From: Auanema rhodensis
Lineage: Eukaryota; Animalia; Nematoda
Assembly (NCBI GenBank): GCA_964057225.1
Contig: OZ059900.1
Location: 14,012,001-14,076,000 of the forward strand
Reading direction: 5' to 3'
DNA: 64,000 nt
Every line of letters begins with the position of its first letter. Position 1 is the stretch's first letter. The translations under genes were made by a program, and so were the position numbers. This document shows positions 51,262 to 64,000 of this stretch, piece after piece. The notes below the pieces were generated by a model that saw only the letters and a list, made by a program, of their open reading frames with translations, was not told the origin of the DNA and searched no databases.

Positions 51262-52331
51262 TTAGCTTTATTCCTTTGTTTATGAGTAACGATTAGAAAA
51301 GAAATTTGTTATAAGTTAGATAGTTCTAGTGGGGAACAGAATCTTGATTGAATTCTAGAAGAGAACAATAAATAGTGACCTTGTTCCAGTTGGACGCAAC
51401 TAGTTGTTCCAAACCTATAGTAAAGGTTATCTTGTTCTATAAGAATAGCAATTCTACGACGACAATTCAAGAATAAATATTTAAAAAATACTATTGATTG
51501 TTCAATAGTCTAAAAAATTATTTCGAATTCGAAAGAAAAATATAAATGTTAGATGATTATTAGCAACCCACGAATGAGAATATGTTTATATTACAAAACT
51601 TTTTGTAACATTCGAGAAAAAACTAGTTTTTTCACAACATGAAAAAACCACCCACCATTTATGTTTAGAAAATTTTTGTTGAACTTTTTAATGTTTTTCT
51701 TCAGTTTGTTTTCATTGAATCTCGAAAATTTTATAAAAACCTGTTTGATCCATTGGTATGAAAGCATTACGTTGTTTATTCCATAAGTAAATGAATGAAT
51801 TAGAACAAGTGCCTAATCAAAAACGCAAATTAATTTCTTTATAAAAAATTTTTTATACATTTCGATATGCTTTTAGAATTTTTTTATATTTACAAAATTC
51901 CCACTATTTTTTATGCATAAAAAAATAGCGGTGCTTCATAGATTGTGTAGCTCCATAACATAGCTTGAGTTGTCCTTGGTGTTCAAGGTCAGCTCTATTA
52001 TGATTTTGGTTACTGTCAAATTCGAGTTGGGTCAGATCAAAAGCACAGATATTGTGCGTTATGTCATATTATCGTTGACCTACATATTTGAATTATTTGA
52101 CCATTTCCCGCGATTTAAAGGGATATCGTGTCGGGACCCATCTTCTGAACTGCAAATATTACGGTAGGTTGACATCAAAATGAAAACGAATGCCAGTGCG
52201 TACACACCTTCGGTGTTATGAACAGTGATCACTTTCAATAGAATTAATGAATAAGAATGTGTTTTATTATTCGTATTACTTGACGTTAATTTTTTATTTT
52301 TTGTATTTGTAATGTTTTTAATTTTTAGAGA

Positions 52332-53103
52332 ATGCTGGCTCTTATTATTTTTGGCCTGGTAGCATCTAGCTTTGCCGCTACAGAGAATAAAAATGTAATC
52401 CAGGTAAATTTTTGTTTTTTTTCATGGATTATTTGAAATAAATTATTGACAATAATTAAAATTAATTTTTACAGGATTCCCAAATTTTGGCTAGCAAAGT
52501 ACCACAATCCATGTATGCTGTTGAAAACATGGAATATGTTATAGAATATGGATTGTACAATGTAGGACAAAAATCTGCTGTGAAGGTAATAAAAAAAAAT
52601 ATTTCTTCAGCAACCTTTTTTTCTAGGTTGTTCTTGATGACCGTCATTCATTCCCATCTCAATCATTCGAAGTTGTTAAAGGATTACTCCATGCTCGTTT
52701 CGAAAACATTCCACCACAGAGCAAAGTTATTCACTCTGTTGTTGTAAGTTTGATAAGTGACGATCGTTTGCATGAAATATCATTTTTAGCTGAAGCCAAG
52801 ACAATATGGATACTTGAACTACACATCCGCTCAAGTCACCTATTACACTGAAGGAGAATCTGACGCTCATGTTGGATTAACCAACGCTCCAGGAGAAGGT
52901 AAGAAATGTGTCGAAAATAACAAAAATACTTCTATACTTCAGGATACATCTACCGCCTTAAGGAATACGAGAGAAAATTCTCCATCAAGTACCCATACTG
53001 GATTGTTTTCTTCGTTCTCATTGCTCCATCTACCCTTGGATCCATGATCTTTTACCACAACAGTAAGACCAAATACGAGGAACTCGCCAAGAAGAAGCTC
53101 TAG
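52332..53103 (+). CDS. trap-2: Translocon-associated protein beta (SSR2/TRAP-beta)
   Basis: Signal peptide; ILASK...YGLYNVG...LDDRHSFPSQSFEVVKG...NYTSAQVTY...TNAPGEGYIYRLKEYERKFS; TM segment; SKTKYE...KKL*. Confidence 0.95.
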
Positions 53104-53627
53104 ATTTTCAAAATGTGATTAGAAATAGTTTCATGCTGTTAATTAAATTAAACTAAGGGTTCCCGACCTATAATGTGTCAATTCCATTTTACATTGTTCC
53201 CAATAATTGTTAATTATATATCACGGTTGTTTACTTCATGCCTTTAAACTGGATTTATTTATTTATTTAAAGTAGAAATGAATATATTCACTGGAACACA
53301 GCATATTCTGTATATTGAGCTTGCATGAAAAGATAATTATTATTTTTAAATATTAACTCAATGCAATGGCAATTACAATTATAGAAACACATAATGTTTA
53401 ATCACAATTTCCAATAATCATTGTTGAACAAATTTTTAATTCTAATTCATTATTCAATTAGTTATCTAAAATATTTAAGGCGACGTATGGTTTAAACCGG
53501 TGTTGCAGAACGACCTAGGAAAGATAATGTACTTACATTTTGACATTATAACTAAGTAACACTTAATTATAGAATTATAACCAAATCATCAATAAATGAA
53601 AACTTAAGCAAATAAACAGTACATTTC

Positions 53628-55301
53628 TTAGAAAGTTCCAGTAGCCAATGTCTTAAGTTTTTCATCGCTCGAAAACCTATTGTTCACTGGATGTATTGAA
53701 GATGGAGATGAAATCACTGAAGAATTTGACATCATTCCGCTCCAACTATGACTTTTTGATAAAATTGGCGTAAAGTGATTGGGCGAATCATGAAGCGAAT
53801 TAGAATGTTTGACTTTTTCTTGATTTTCATCTTCAGATTGATGGCTCTGACGTTTCTGAAAAAACATTATTTAGCATCATCATATACATTGCTCATCAAT
53901 CGATAGATAATGTTTTAAAAATCAATAACACATGTGAACAAATACGATGATTTCGTACCTTAATTACAATTTCATCTAAAGCATTTTGATCTGCAGAATC
54001 GAGAAGATCAAAATGTTTGCTAAACTGAGCCATGTGAGCAGCAACCAATAAATATTGAGGATACAGATCGCAAGCACCTGAATGTAGAAAAAAATAACTT
54101 AACAGTATCTTTCAATTACAAAACCTAATGTATCCCAATGACTTTCATACAAGTGACCTAAACAATGCCACAACATACGAAATATGCGACGAACAATATT
54201 TTCGAAATCATCTCCAAATGGTGCAGCTAAATCGATTTGAGTCATATAATGAGATACATGAAAAATATTTACAATATTTAGTCGGAAAAAGTTCTTCATT
54301 TTTTCCAATATCTTCACAGTATGACATAACGGCATCTATGTATTGCATAGCTGGATAATGGCAACGCTTTCCCCGTTCATCAAGAAATGGAACTTTTCTG
54401 AATAAAAAGGCTGATGGATGCACAATGATAATAAGAGATTAGCTAATCTCATAAATAACACTTTCACTCACATATTCCCTGGACAATTCATTGTGGAGCA
54501 TGTTACAGGTGTACATATTTGAGATATGTTACTACACAATGCATTTATGTGGTCAAACAATGAGAAAGCTGAAAAAAATTTTAAGATTCTTTAAGTGTCT
54601 TTCTGTACCATGATGAGCTATCCATTCCTGTTTATCAATACCAGTTGGAAGAGCTGTGAAGCGTACTATCATCTAGAATTTGCAAATGGTAAATGCTAAT
54701 TTAGGCAAATAACCAACCTTTGAACTTATTTTATTGCAAACATTAACTTCTGATAACTCAGCAGCATGATCGTTTGTAGAATCAAGAGGTAGATCGATTG
54801 CTTTTTTCGATTGTTTTGCTGGTTTGCGGCGTGAACGGCTTAAGTTAAATAAGTGATTGAATATGAAAAGCTCTTTAGATAGCGAAATCAGCATTACTTT
54901 GAAATTTTATATTTATAAATAAAAAAAAACTATACGAAAGATGGGATTTTAAAAATTTATAGAAGCTTATAGCTGTTTTTGACCAAAAATTTATAACTAA
55001 ATTCCGTAGTTGTAAGTAATTGAAAATGAAAAAAGAGCAAAACTGAATTCGTGAAGTAATGAACATGAAACCAAAACTTTTTCGTAATCAATAAATAGAA
55101 ATCATCAATCCATTGACTACGTTACAATGGATTGTATTAAAATTATAAAGCAATCAATAGAATAAACATTGAAACACACCTTCTCTCTTTACGGCCTATG
55201 AAGCTGCAACCTTCGAAACGTTGGCGCCACTTACTTAGAACAGTTCGAATAACATCAAGATGACTCTCAGACGTTCCTTCTTCTACAGGATCATTATTCA
55301 T
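53628..55301 (-). CDS. mob-2: MOB kinase activator 2 family protein
   Basis: LPTGIDKQEWIAHH, LFDHINALC...CTPVTCSTM, FLDERGKRCHYPAMQYID, NEELFPTKY, RRIFRMLWHCLGHLYESHW. The ATG directly follows TTTCAG, so upstream exons are possible. Confidence 0.85.
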
Positions 55302-56749
55302 CTGAAACACTAACTGCTCCAGAAAAAAACCATAAAACAATTTGAAAACAAGTACAAAGCAACGAAGAAGTACAACGATAAGTGTTCGATAAAAGGGATT
55401 GCTTTTGACTAAAATATAATGCTCAGGCAGCTTTCATTGAGATATTATTGTTTGTTTGAGATGATGAATATTTAAAATATTGAATTTGCATAAACGAAAG
55501 TGGCTGATTGATTTATGAAATTAGCTATGAGAGCTAATATTCATAACAATAACGAGGGTGGAAACTCTAAAAATCAATGCAATAGCAATCCGGTTTCGTT
55601 TCTGGAGCAAATACAGCAAATGGTGTACAAAGAAAAAATCATGTACGTAAGCAAACAGTCTTCAATTGCCGAATTTGCGTAAACGAAAAAGCACTGTCTT
55701 TGTATTAGATTGATTCATAAAAATAGTTATGATAATGGCTTAATTGAATAATCATAACCATAGTTATCGAGTCGTCACCCATATCACTAATTATAAATTA
55801 GAAGCTAATTTTGTGATTGCACCAATAATAGTACAAAAAGGCATTCACGTGACATAACGAATATACACAAATTGATATTTGAACGCATAATTCTTGCTAT
55901 TCAATTTAATTGGCAGAACAAGATTGAAGCTTTTTAAAAATTATAATGTATTATCATAGATACAATAAAAAACCCATGAGAGTAATCAATAATTTTTAAG
56001 AAAAATAGGAGTCATAAGAGGAAGCATAGCAGGAAATGGTGATATATGCAAGTTGCGTACTGCGTACCAAATACTTTTTAACCGAAATTGTTTCTTTGAA
56101 GATCGAACCAATGAAATATTGTTAATGAGTTTTCATTAGAAAATTATTTCGGGAAAATTATAAGGAGGAATCAAGATTTGATTTGAAATTGAAAAAATAT
56201 ATATCAAACCTGGAGATAATAATAGTAAAATGATGAAAAATTATTTTATTCAGCATGATTAGTAATTTTCATTTACTTTTTTTCAACATTTAGAACTAAA
56301 GAGAGATTTCCAATATAATTTCAGTAATTGCAATAAAAATTTCTTATTTATTTCCCACTTGTATGCTTTTTCTGATCAATTACACATAAGACGTTATGGA
56401 TGAAAGGTGCATATGTTCTATTATAGCACTAATATGTTGATTGCTTTCTTTCATGATCTCTTTGAAGATGAAAAAAATCCCAGATGAATAAGTGTGCTTC
56501 TATTTTTCAGCAAAACGCAATGCGAGACAACTGTTTCTTTGCTGCTGTTGTAATATGTTGTCTTTCAACAGAGAAGAGAATCGAAAGATGCACATTCTAT
56601 TAGTTTTATCTACTAGTGTGAGCTACATACTAATAGTTAAACGGGAAAGCAGATCACAGAAAATAGTTTTTTGAATCAATTTCAAGTTGTTGTATTTTAG
56701 TTCTTTCTCTTATGAGATATCGCATTGTTGTATAATTTAATTTAGTAAT

Positions 56750-57981
56750 ATGATCACAAGTAATTTTCATCCACGATTTCAACTAGCTTTGCGCAGAACT
56801 ATTTTTTTCGCCATTTTTCTCATATTATGGTTTGTGTTAGGAACATGTGTTTTTGGTTTTTTCACAATGTATAGTCAAGTAGGTTTAAAATGAAATATCT
56901 CAAGTTAATCAATATAGTCTAAATGTTGTTAGAATCGACAAAGAAGAACAATTGAAGACAAAATATGTGAAAATAAGCGATTGGAATTGTTGAACGTGTT
57001 GTGGGCAGAATCCGTTTCTCAGTCAGAATCTGATTGGTATGGCATTGCGAATAAGAAAATTGAACTATATGAACAAGTAAATTGTTTTCCTATAATTTTC
57101 AACGTATTAAACTGTTCAATTAGGTGTTATTTTCGCATCCATCGCATCGACAATCCCATTCCGAAAATTATATCACATTAGCTATGAGAAAAGCATTTTT
57201 GCTTGTTTCTCGAATTGGTGAGTTATTCGTTTGAAACGAGTTTTCAAGAGTTTTAGGACCTGAAAATCCCGATAACTTCACAACAGAGGAAAAGTTATTC
57301 TCTGTGTTTTATATACTAATTGGTAACTTTTTCAATTTTGTACAAAAGACGGCTTTTCTTAAGGAGCACCCTTATATCTGATTGTAATTACACAAATAAC
57401 TAAGATGATCTCAACTATCTGGAAGGTTTGGGATGTTGGATTGTAATAACATCATAGTGTATCGTTTTAGAGCTCGGCCATATATCTTCCATTTTTAGGA
57501 TATTTATTCATTTCTTCTGTAATTTATAATATTCAAAGTGGAAATGATGACGAAGTATTTTTAGATAATCTTATTCAGATAATAAACTTTCTTTTTCAGT
57601 CATTTTTAGATTTTGTTTTCTCACTTGGATTAATGTTTGCAGCTGTAGGAAAAACCCGCTTTGATTTTGAGTAAGTTTTTCATAAACTTAACTTAGCTAT
57701 ATTTGTTCTTATAGTGGTTTTGGATTCATCATAATTATAATAGGGTTTTCATTTTTGACAGTTATATTTGCTCATATTCAACACGAAATTGAAAGAGCTG
57801 TTCATGGAATGGAATTAAATTTTAATAGGTTTTTATTTATTTTTTTTTTGGATTGACAATGTGCTTTAGAACCTTTTCGTTATACGAACGATGGATGAGT
57901 GAAAAAGAGGAAACAGCGAACTGTTATAACACGATTATAGAAGAGGATGAAGATGTCGAAGGTGAAGAAGACAGTACCTGA
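56750..57981 (+). CDS. Degenerate two-pore-domain K+ channel-like (TWK) protein
   Basis: Four-TM architecture: TM1 (LILWFVLGTCVFG), cap helix, P1-like AFLLVSRIG, TM2 KLFSVFYILIGAPLYLIVI, TM3 FLGYLFISSVIY, P2-like SFLDFVFSLGLMFAAVG, TM4, acidic tail. Confidence 0.65.
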
Positions 57982-58131
57982 GGAGATTGAAAGATGCGAT
58001 ATTTTTTTGTTAATTGTATTCTCTGTTGAACGTTATCAACATTTTAGTTTAAAAAATAAGTCAGAAATTTTATTTTATTTTAAACAAAAAACTGAAGAAA
58101 ATTATAAAGTCAGCAATGAAAACGTTATTGT

Positions 58132-58704
58132 TTAATAATCATAGTTGGCCCAGAAGTCATAGTCGTTATTTCCATGTTTGTGATGATGACGATGATGATG
58201 ATGGTGTCTGTATTCATCTCCGTGATGGTGGTGTCTGTAGTCATCTCCGTGATGGTGATGTTTGTGGTCGTCATCTCCGCTGTAGAATGGGTTTGAGATT
58301 GGCTTGTCTGAAAATGATAGGTTTGAATTTGTACCAGTCAAATCTACATACAGTCACGGAAGTAAGGAACTCTTGGGTAGAAGCGACGAGTGCTAGATAA
58401 GCTGTCTTCGAAACGTCCATGATCTTTGCCTCTCCATGTGTTAGCATATGCTGGCCTAAACATATTGTAGTTAAGATGATTTCGCGGTTAGGCAATTCTA
58501 CTCGTTGTGATGGGCTCCTTGGTAAACTGGAACTGGTACGATGTTAGTATGGACGACTTCAGGAGCAGTGTAAGCTGGAGCTGAGGCTACAGCTCCGTAA
58601 GTTGGAGCAGCAGCAGCAACACCATAATTTGTTGCATCAGCAGCAGGAGCTCCATATTGAGCCATGGAAACAGCGGCCAAACCGAATAAGATGAAGAATT
58701 TCAT
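58132..58704 (-). CDS. Secreted Ala/Pro-rich plus His-rich protein
   Basis: Three exons: signal peptide, QYGAPAAD...AAAAPTYGA, then DDDHKHHHHGDDYRHHHHGDEYRHHHHHRHHHKHG...YDY*. Confidence 0.85.
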
Positions 58705-59441
58705 AGTTTCTAAAATATTCAGTAAAATTATTGTTACTGATATATTGAAAGAAGAAGCTAAAATGTATCAGAAAATGTGAATATCTGAAAACTGATATCA
58801 AATATGATTTCGCCTTCCGTATATATACTCAAATTTATTTAAAAAATGAGTAATTTACAAAACATTGACGCGTCTATAATAATAATATTGCATACTATTT
58901 CCTCCGTATTTTGCGTTAGCACCTGAGTCAAAGCCTTATTACACATAAAACGAAGACATTTTAAATTGATATTTGACTCATCTCCGAATAAAAATATTAC
59001 ATTTTGCTCTTTATCTGGTTATGTTTGATATTCACAACGAATCTAATTTTATTTAATAAATACACACGTACATGTATGTCATGTGCAGTGATCATTTGGA
59101 TTTTTTGTAGATAATTTTACGAAAAAATGCTACATGAACTGTAATTTAATTAATTAGTTATCAGAAAACTGAAATATCCCACATAGACTATTATCTGAAC
59201 TCTGGACAACAAACTATTTAACTTCAAATTTCAACAAAAAGAAAAAATGTTCAAAACATCATTTTTGTGTTCACACAAAATTTAAAATCATTAAGCTGAA
59301 CGTATGTTACAGAAACTTGATTTCTCTTTCATTAGGTGTTCGTTTAGTTAAGCTTAAACATTTTTATTTTAATATTTATTTTATTATATTATTAAATTAT
59401 TAAATTATTAAGTGGTATGATTTTATGCCTTGGCTCAATTG

Positions 59442-60877
59442 TTATTTTCCTGCTCCAGAAAAGGTTGGAGTGTATTGGCAGGCTTCATAGTCAACAGGTG
59501 AGATCATGTTAAATGCCTTGGTCATGACGTTGATATAGTCTGAAAAAAAAGATATTTGAAAATTGAAAAATTAGAGATTAATACTGTTATCTTCTAAGAA
59601 TTGTAAAACATCTTTCATATGCTTTTCACGGAACCGTTGTGGATCTCTGGCAATAACAAATACAGGGAATCTAACCCATGTTGAAATGATAGCATAGTCA
59701 TACTGATTATACTCGTTAAGTGGACCTTTCTTGATTACCCAAACTGAAATGATATTCTTATAATAATGGCATAGTTCGATTAAAAATACATGGCTCAGCA
59801 TCAGGGGAATTGCTGCTATGAAGAACAAACTGTCCAGTTTCTCCAGATTTGAATCCATATCCAAGAGAATATCTTAAATTAAATATCATTGTATCTAAAT
59901 ATTCATATTGCTTACCTTGGAGGTCCATTGGGGTTACCTTCTCTGTAAAATTTGAGAATGGTAAAGGCTGCTGAATAAGAGCTGTTTGTCAGAGCTCCAA
60001 CTAGAAAAGATTATTATTAAACTTTAATCATTTTTCAAAAGCTTACAGTGGGTAATTGCACAAGCCTCCTTGATCACATGTGGAGATGTAATAACTTGGA
60101 ACCAACGTCCCATCATTCTAGCAACATCTACATTTTCAGCAGCAGGATGAACAGCTCTGAATTACAAATATAACTAACTGAACTAATATAAATTCCTTAC
60201 CTGAACACATCCTTTGCAAGATTTTTGGCTGATTCTTTTGGAAGAATGCGACTAATGGATGATCCCAAAAGTGTGTTTGCAGGTGGAATAATCTGTGGAA
60301 CAAGTTGACCAATCTACAAAATAATGCATAAAGTACATAGACTTGAAATGTGAATCAACTTACCAAATAATTGAAGTTACTTAATCCTGGAATAGTGTTA
60401 ACTCCAGGAATGGCAGGAACATCTTGAGGACCAGGAAATCCTGGGACTGGAATAGGAGCTAATCCAGCAATTTGCCCAGAAGCGATTCCTTGTAAGTCTA
60501 CTCGATTTCCGTTGTTATCATTCATTATAGAGTTGATGTCATCGCTCTATAATTTAATATAATTATGCATTTGTGTTTAAGACTTACTCCGAAAAATGAA
60601 CTGGGTGCTCTTCTGACATCTCCAGTTTCTTCTGGAATTCCTAATCGTTCAAGAATGCCTTCAGCCACCTGTCTAAACTTAGCTAACTCGGCTTTAGCTT
60701 GTTCTTGTTGGACAGAAGACTGAAATCAATTTTAAAGATTTATAACAAAAAAAAATTATATATTCATACCTCTGTTGATGTGGGAATTGTTGCTTCATTC
60801 TTATTTGAATTTTCTTCAATGGAATGAACATGGGCCACTGTAGCTAATATAGCAAAAAGTAAGTACAAACGCCTCAT
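59442..60877 (-). CDS. Lipocalin-related protein (lpr-4/5/6-like)
   Basis: Signal peptide, IPVPGFPG region, VDVARMMGRWFQV lipocalin motif, KKGPLNEYNQYDYAIISTWVRFPVFVIARDP. Confidence 0.88.
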
Positions 60878-61809
60878 TTCAAGTATAAGCTAGCTGAAGG
60901 GCACCGTTGGATTAAACTGACGGTAGTGACCGGTTGCCTCAGGTGTCTGGCTGTTGATTGGGCTATGGAACGACACAACCTACATTCTCAACTTTTCACA
61001 TTCACTCCACCCATATTTCTTTAGTAGATTATACATTCCAGGACCGTCATGGCCTTTCTCGTTGTCTCTCTCCATCTCTTTACACTTTGCGAATTCTATC
61101 TGTCTTCGTATTCAATTCAGTGACAACTATTTTCATCATTCTACCTCACACATCTGATCCGCATTTTCCACTCCGTGAGCGTTTCTGTCATGAAATAGGG
61201 TGCCCTACTTAATGAGAACAGTCATCTGAACGGAACGAATCATGATACACGACCGCTGATTCAAACAGCAGAAGGCCATGTTATCTACCTGTAGATAGAT
61301 GATATAGTTATACATGTTTAAATTATAATCAAAAAAATATTCCGAATCATGAAATTAAAAAAAGAAATGAATAAGAGAATTGGAAAAGTATTTCGAGAAT
61401 AGATTCTTCAATAAAGAGAAATTCTGATTTCAGAATATATTTGAATACGAAACTATGGATGAGATATTATGATGAAACCAACAACTTTTTAATGTTTTCT
61501 TTCATTAAAATCATCAAACTAATTTCTTTTTTAGTTTTTAGAATTAATATTCAAATATATTTTGTTGAATAAAGTATCTTTTCCTTTTTTTGTTTATTAT
61601 TTTAACAACTTTTTCAATATTTCTGGCTAAAATGTATAGCCAACCTTCATTATTAGGACAAAAAGACTGATATCATACAAAAGGTCAAGAACAAGGAGTG
61701 CTACATTGTTCTCTCTTTTTTCTCTTTAGCGATTAGCATTTCTCATTTTACCACGAATATCTTCTTTTGTTACCTTTCATGGTCATTCTATTTGTTATTC
61801 CGCATCCAC

Positions 61810-61832
61810 TGACCCATTTTTTGACCTATTTT
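61810..61832 (-). promoter_or_regulatory. Tandem ROR response elements (candidate NHR-23 sites)
   Basis: Minus strand reads AAAATAGGTCA and AAAATGGGTCA, both exact WAWNTRGGTCA matches, between the divergent lpr genes. Confidence 0.55.
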
Positions 61833-62538
61833 TCATGAACTATCTCATCCCTATTGAAATTTGAACATATATGAAGAAAACTATAGATAGACTTCAAAGG
61901 GTCTAATGTTATGCATTTTACTTTAAATATTAAAATTATATTTTGTGTGTTTATTAGTCTTATATTTAAAATTGATACAGAGCATAAATTCAGAGAAGAG
62001 CGCGCTATTCTTGATGAGTAGAATAGAGATTTTCCAATAGTTTTGCGATGTCTTTAAACTGTTTAAAAACCTAAATTAAATGATAATCTGCTCAGATTAG
62101 TTGATAAACGTTTGAGAGACAAAATGTGTTTAATATGGATATACTCTTAGAAGAATATCATTTAATCGGGATTTGCGGAATGGAAGTTTTTTTGAGTACA
62201 AAAATGTGTGATACATGTATTCATGTTAAACATTAAACAAGTTCAATAGATATTGGAATATTATTTTAGAATAGATAGATAATTGATTGATGGGTGGAGT
62301 GATGCGACAATTAATGACGAAGGTTGAATAATATAGGTTGAATATTGTTGCGCTAGATCTCTCTTTTCTAGTTCTCTTCTTCTGACTATCTTTTATTTCT
62401 CTTACCTGTATTCTGCATTTTTGATCCTATAGGAAAGGTCGCTCTAACAGGCACGGTCAAGAACGCCACCTAGTAGATCTTCATATTACTGTGACAGACC
62501 TTCGAACTACATACCTGTCGATTAGCTCTCTTGTGTAA

Positions 62539-64000
62539 ATGCGATCCATTCAGATAGTAGTATTGGTATGCTGCTTTTTGGGCCTTGTGAGTTTCAAATT
62601 AATTAAAGTTTTTAATAAAATTAGATGTTGTAGCATGCTCAAGGAAACTTTGAACTTGGCAAGTTCAGTCAAGTTGCTGAAAATATTTTGGATCGAAGAG
62701 CTTATGCTCCAAAACCAACAGTGCCTCCTGAGCTTCGCAAATTTTTTGAACTCGATGGACATGCTCGTCAATTAGTAGACAGCCTCTTAGGACCACGTCC
62801 AGGAGGATTTTTCCCAGAAAAAACTTATGAAATCGGCACTTCCTCATCTTCATCTTCTGGTTCATCTGGATCACCTCATCAAGTTTCAAATCTGGAGCGA
62901 ACTCTTGAATCTTTTTTCACTGCACCTGAATCATCCGGTCCAGCATTCCCAAGCAGTTTCGGAGGAAACGGAGGAGGTTTTTCGCTTTCTAATGAAAACA
63001 AAAACTTAGCTCAGTTCGGAAGCACTGTTAGAAGAGCACCACAAGTAGTTTTTCATCATTTCTTTCTTTAAACTGTTATCCATCTTTACAGAAACAAGAA
63101 TCCGAATCTGAAGAAGTTGAAGGTTCAGGCGATGGTTCAGTCAGCTCAATCTCAGGAATTCCAAAGGTTTCACTCTTACATAAAGACTACCATAATTAAA
63201 CTTACCTTTTTGAGGTTTTCCCTAAAATACCATTATCTCCTTTTGTAAGCCCTAACAAGCAAGAAATCAAGCAACAAGTGCCTATTTTGGCAAATGATGA
63301 TCAGTCCCTTCCTGTTATTGCTACCATGCCTGAGGTAATTTTTGTGGAGTTTCAAATCTAATATCACATTTTTCATTTTGGGTACCTGAAGGAGGATTTT
63401 TACCCACAACAGAAATTCGTCGTGCTCCACAAAACTTAATGACTGCTCCATCTACTCCAGAAGAAACAGAGAGTGGTGAAGAGGTTTGTTGAGCAAAATA
63501 ATAAATAATCTAAATATTGTTGAAGGATTTATCGGAGAGAGCCAACAAGTCCGGTGGTTTGATAGGAACTATCTTCAAGTTGATTGGCATGAGTAACAAA
63601 ACCAACAAAAATGCAACAGAGAATGCTGATGACAAAAACGCACTAGGAAGAGCTGTATCTAATCTGATTGGCGGTGAGGATAGTCCTTTACCTGCTAAAG
63701 GCATGATTTCCAACGTATTGTACAACGCTCTCACTTCTTCACAGGTAGGATGAAAAATAATTTTTTTAAACTAAAATGAAACTTTTAGAACACAACCTCC
63801 GAGAAGGGCAATGGTACTCTTGTTTTAACTGATGCTCAGTCCGCTGCCATCGGAGAAAACTTAGAAATGGTCAAGAATCTTATTATTCAACCATCTTCTC
63901 CACTTTGTACTTCTAAACCAGATCCCGTTGATTTTGTGCTCGATTCATTCATGGGTCAGTGGTATCAGGTATGATAGCTTCAGTAGATTGAAAAGAAACT
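62539..64000 (+). CDS. lpr-3: Lipocalin-related protein lpr-3-like (3'-truncated)
   Basis: Signal peptide, RAYAPKPTVPPELRKFFELDGHARQLVDSLLGPRPGGFF, and start of the lipocalin domain (LDSFMGQWYQ) at the window end. Confidence 0.82.

Noticed and set aside
51930-52250. GC-richer island between AASDHPPT and trap-2, considered as a snoRNA or other ncRNA
   Set aside because: No convincing C/D or H/ACA box arrangement by eye; more likely promoter or outron sequence. An Infernal/Rfam scan would decide.
1-64000. CRISPR arrays, rRNA, tRNA, TTAGGC telomeric arrays
   Set aside because: None seen; eukaryotic DNA with only isolated TTAGGC hexamers.

Overview
AT-rich, gene-dense eukaryotic DNA from a rhabditid-type nematode (introns mostly 40-55 nt, TTTCAG acceptors, cuticle collagen, astacin, saposin and lpr genes). 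About 19 host genes were reconstructed by hand: IkB-like ankyrin gene, single-EGF membrane protein, sec-15, Gly-rich secreted peptide, orphan 2OG-Fe(II)-type oxygenase, cuticle collagen, F-box/LRR, saposin, kinase-less activin type II receptor-like protein, GPCR, a ~10 kb AT-hook/Q-rich/K-rich gene, nas-15-like astacin, AASDHPPT, trap-2, mob-2, a filter-less TWK channel, a His-rich secreted protein and two divergent lpr lipocalins. The standout region is 25.0-33.8 kb. It holds a decayed Maverick/Polinton-derived block with two diverged integrase/chromodomain C-termini, two major-capsid 3' ends and two intron-containing WOSP-like trypsin-fold proteases, one placed exactly at a capsid-gene breakpoint. 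The block abuts about 3.4 tandem 1181-bp pseudogenic copies of the 3' end of the neighbouring host gene. All gene models are manual splices; no database searches were run.
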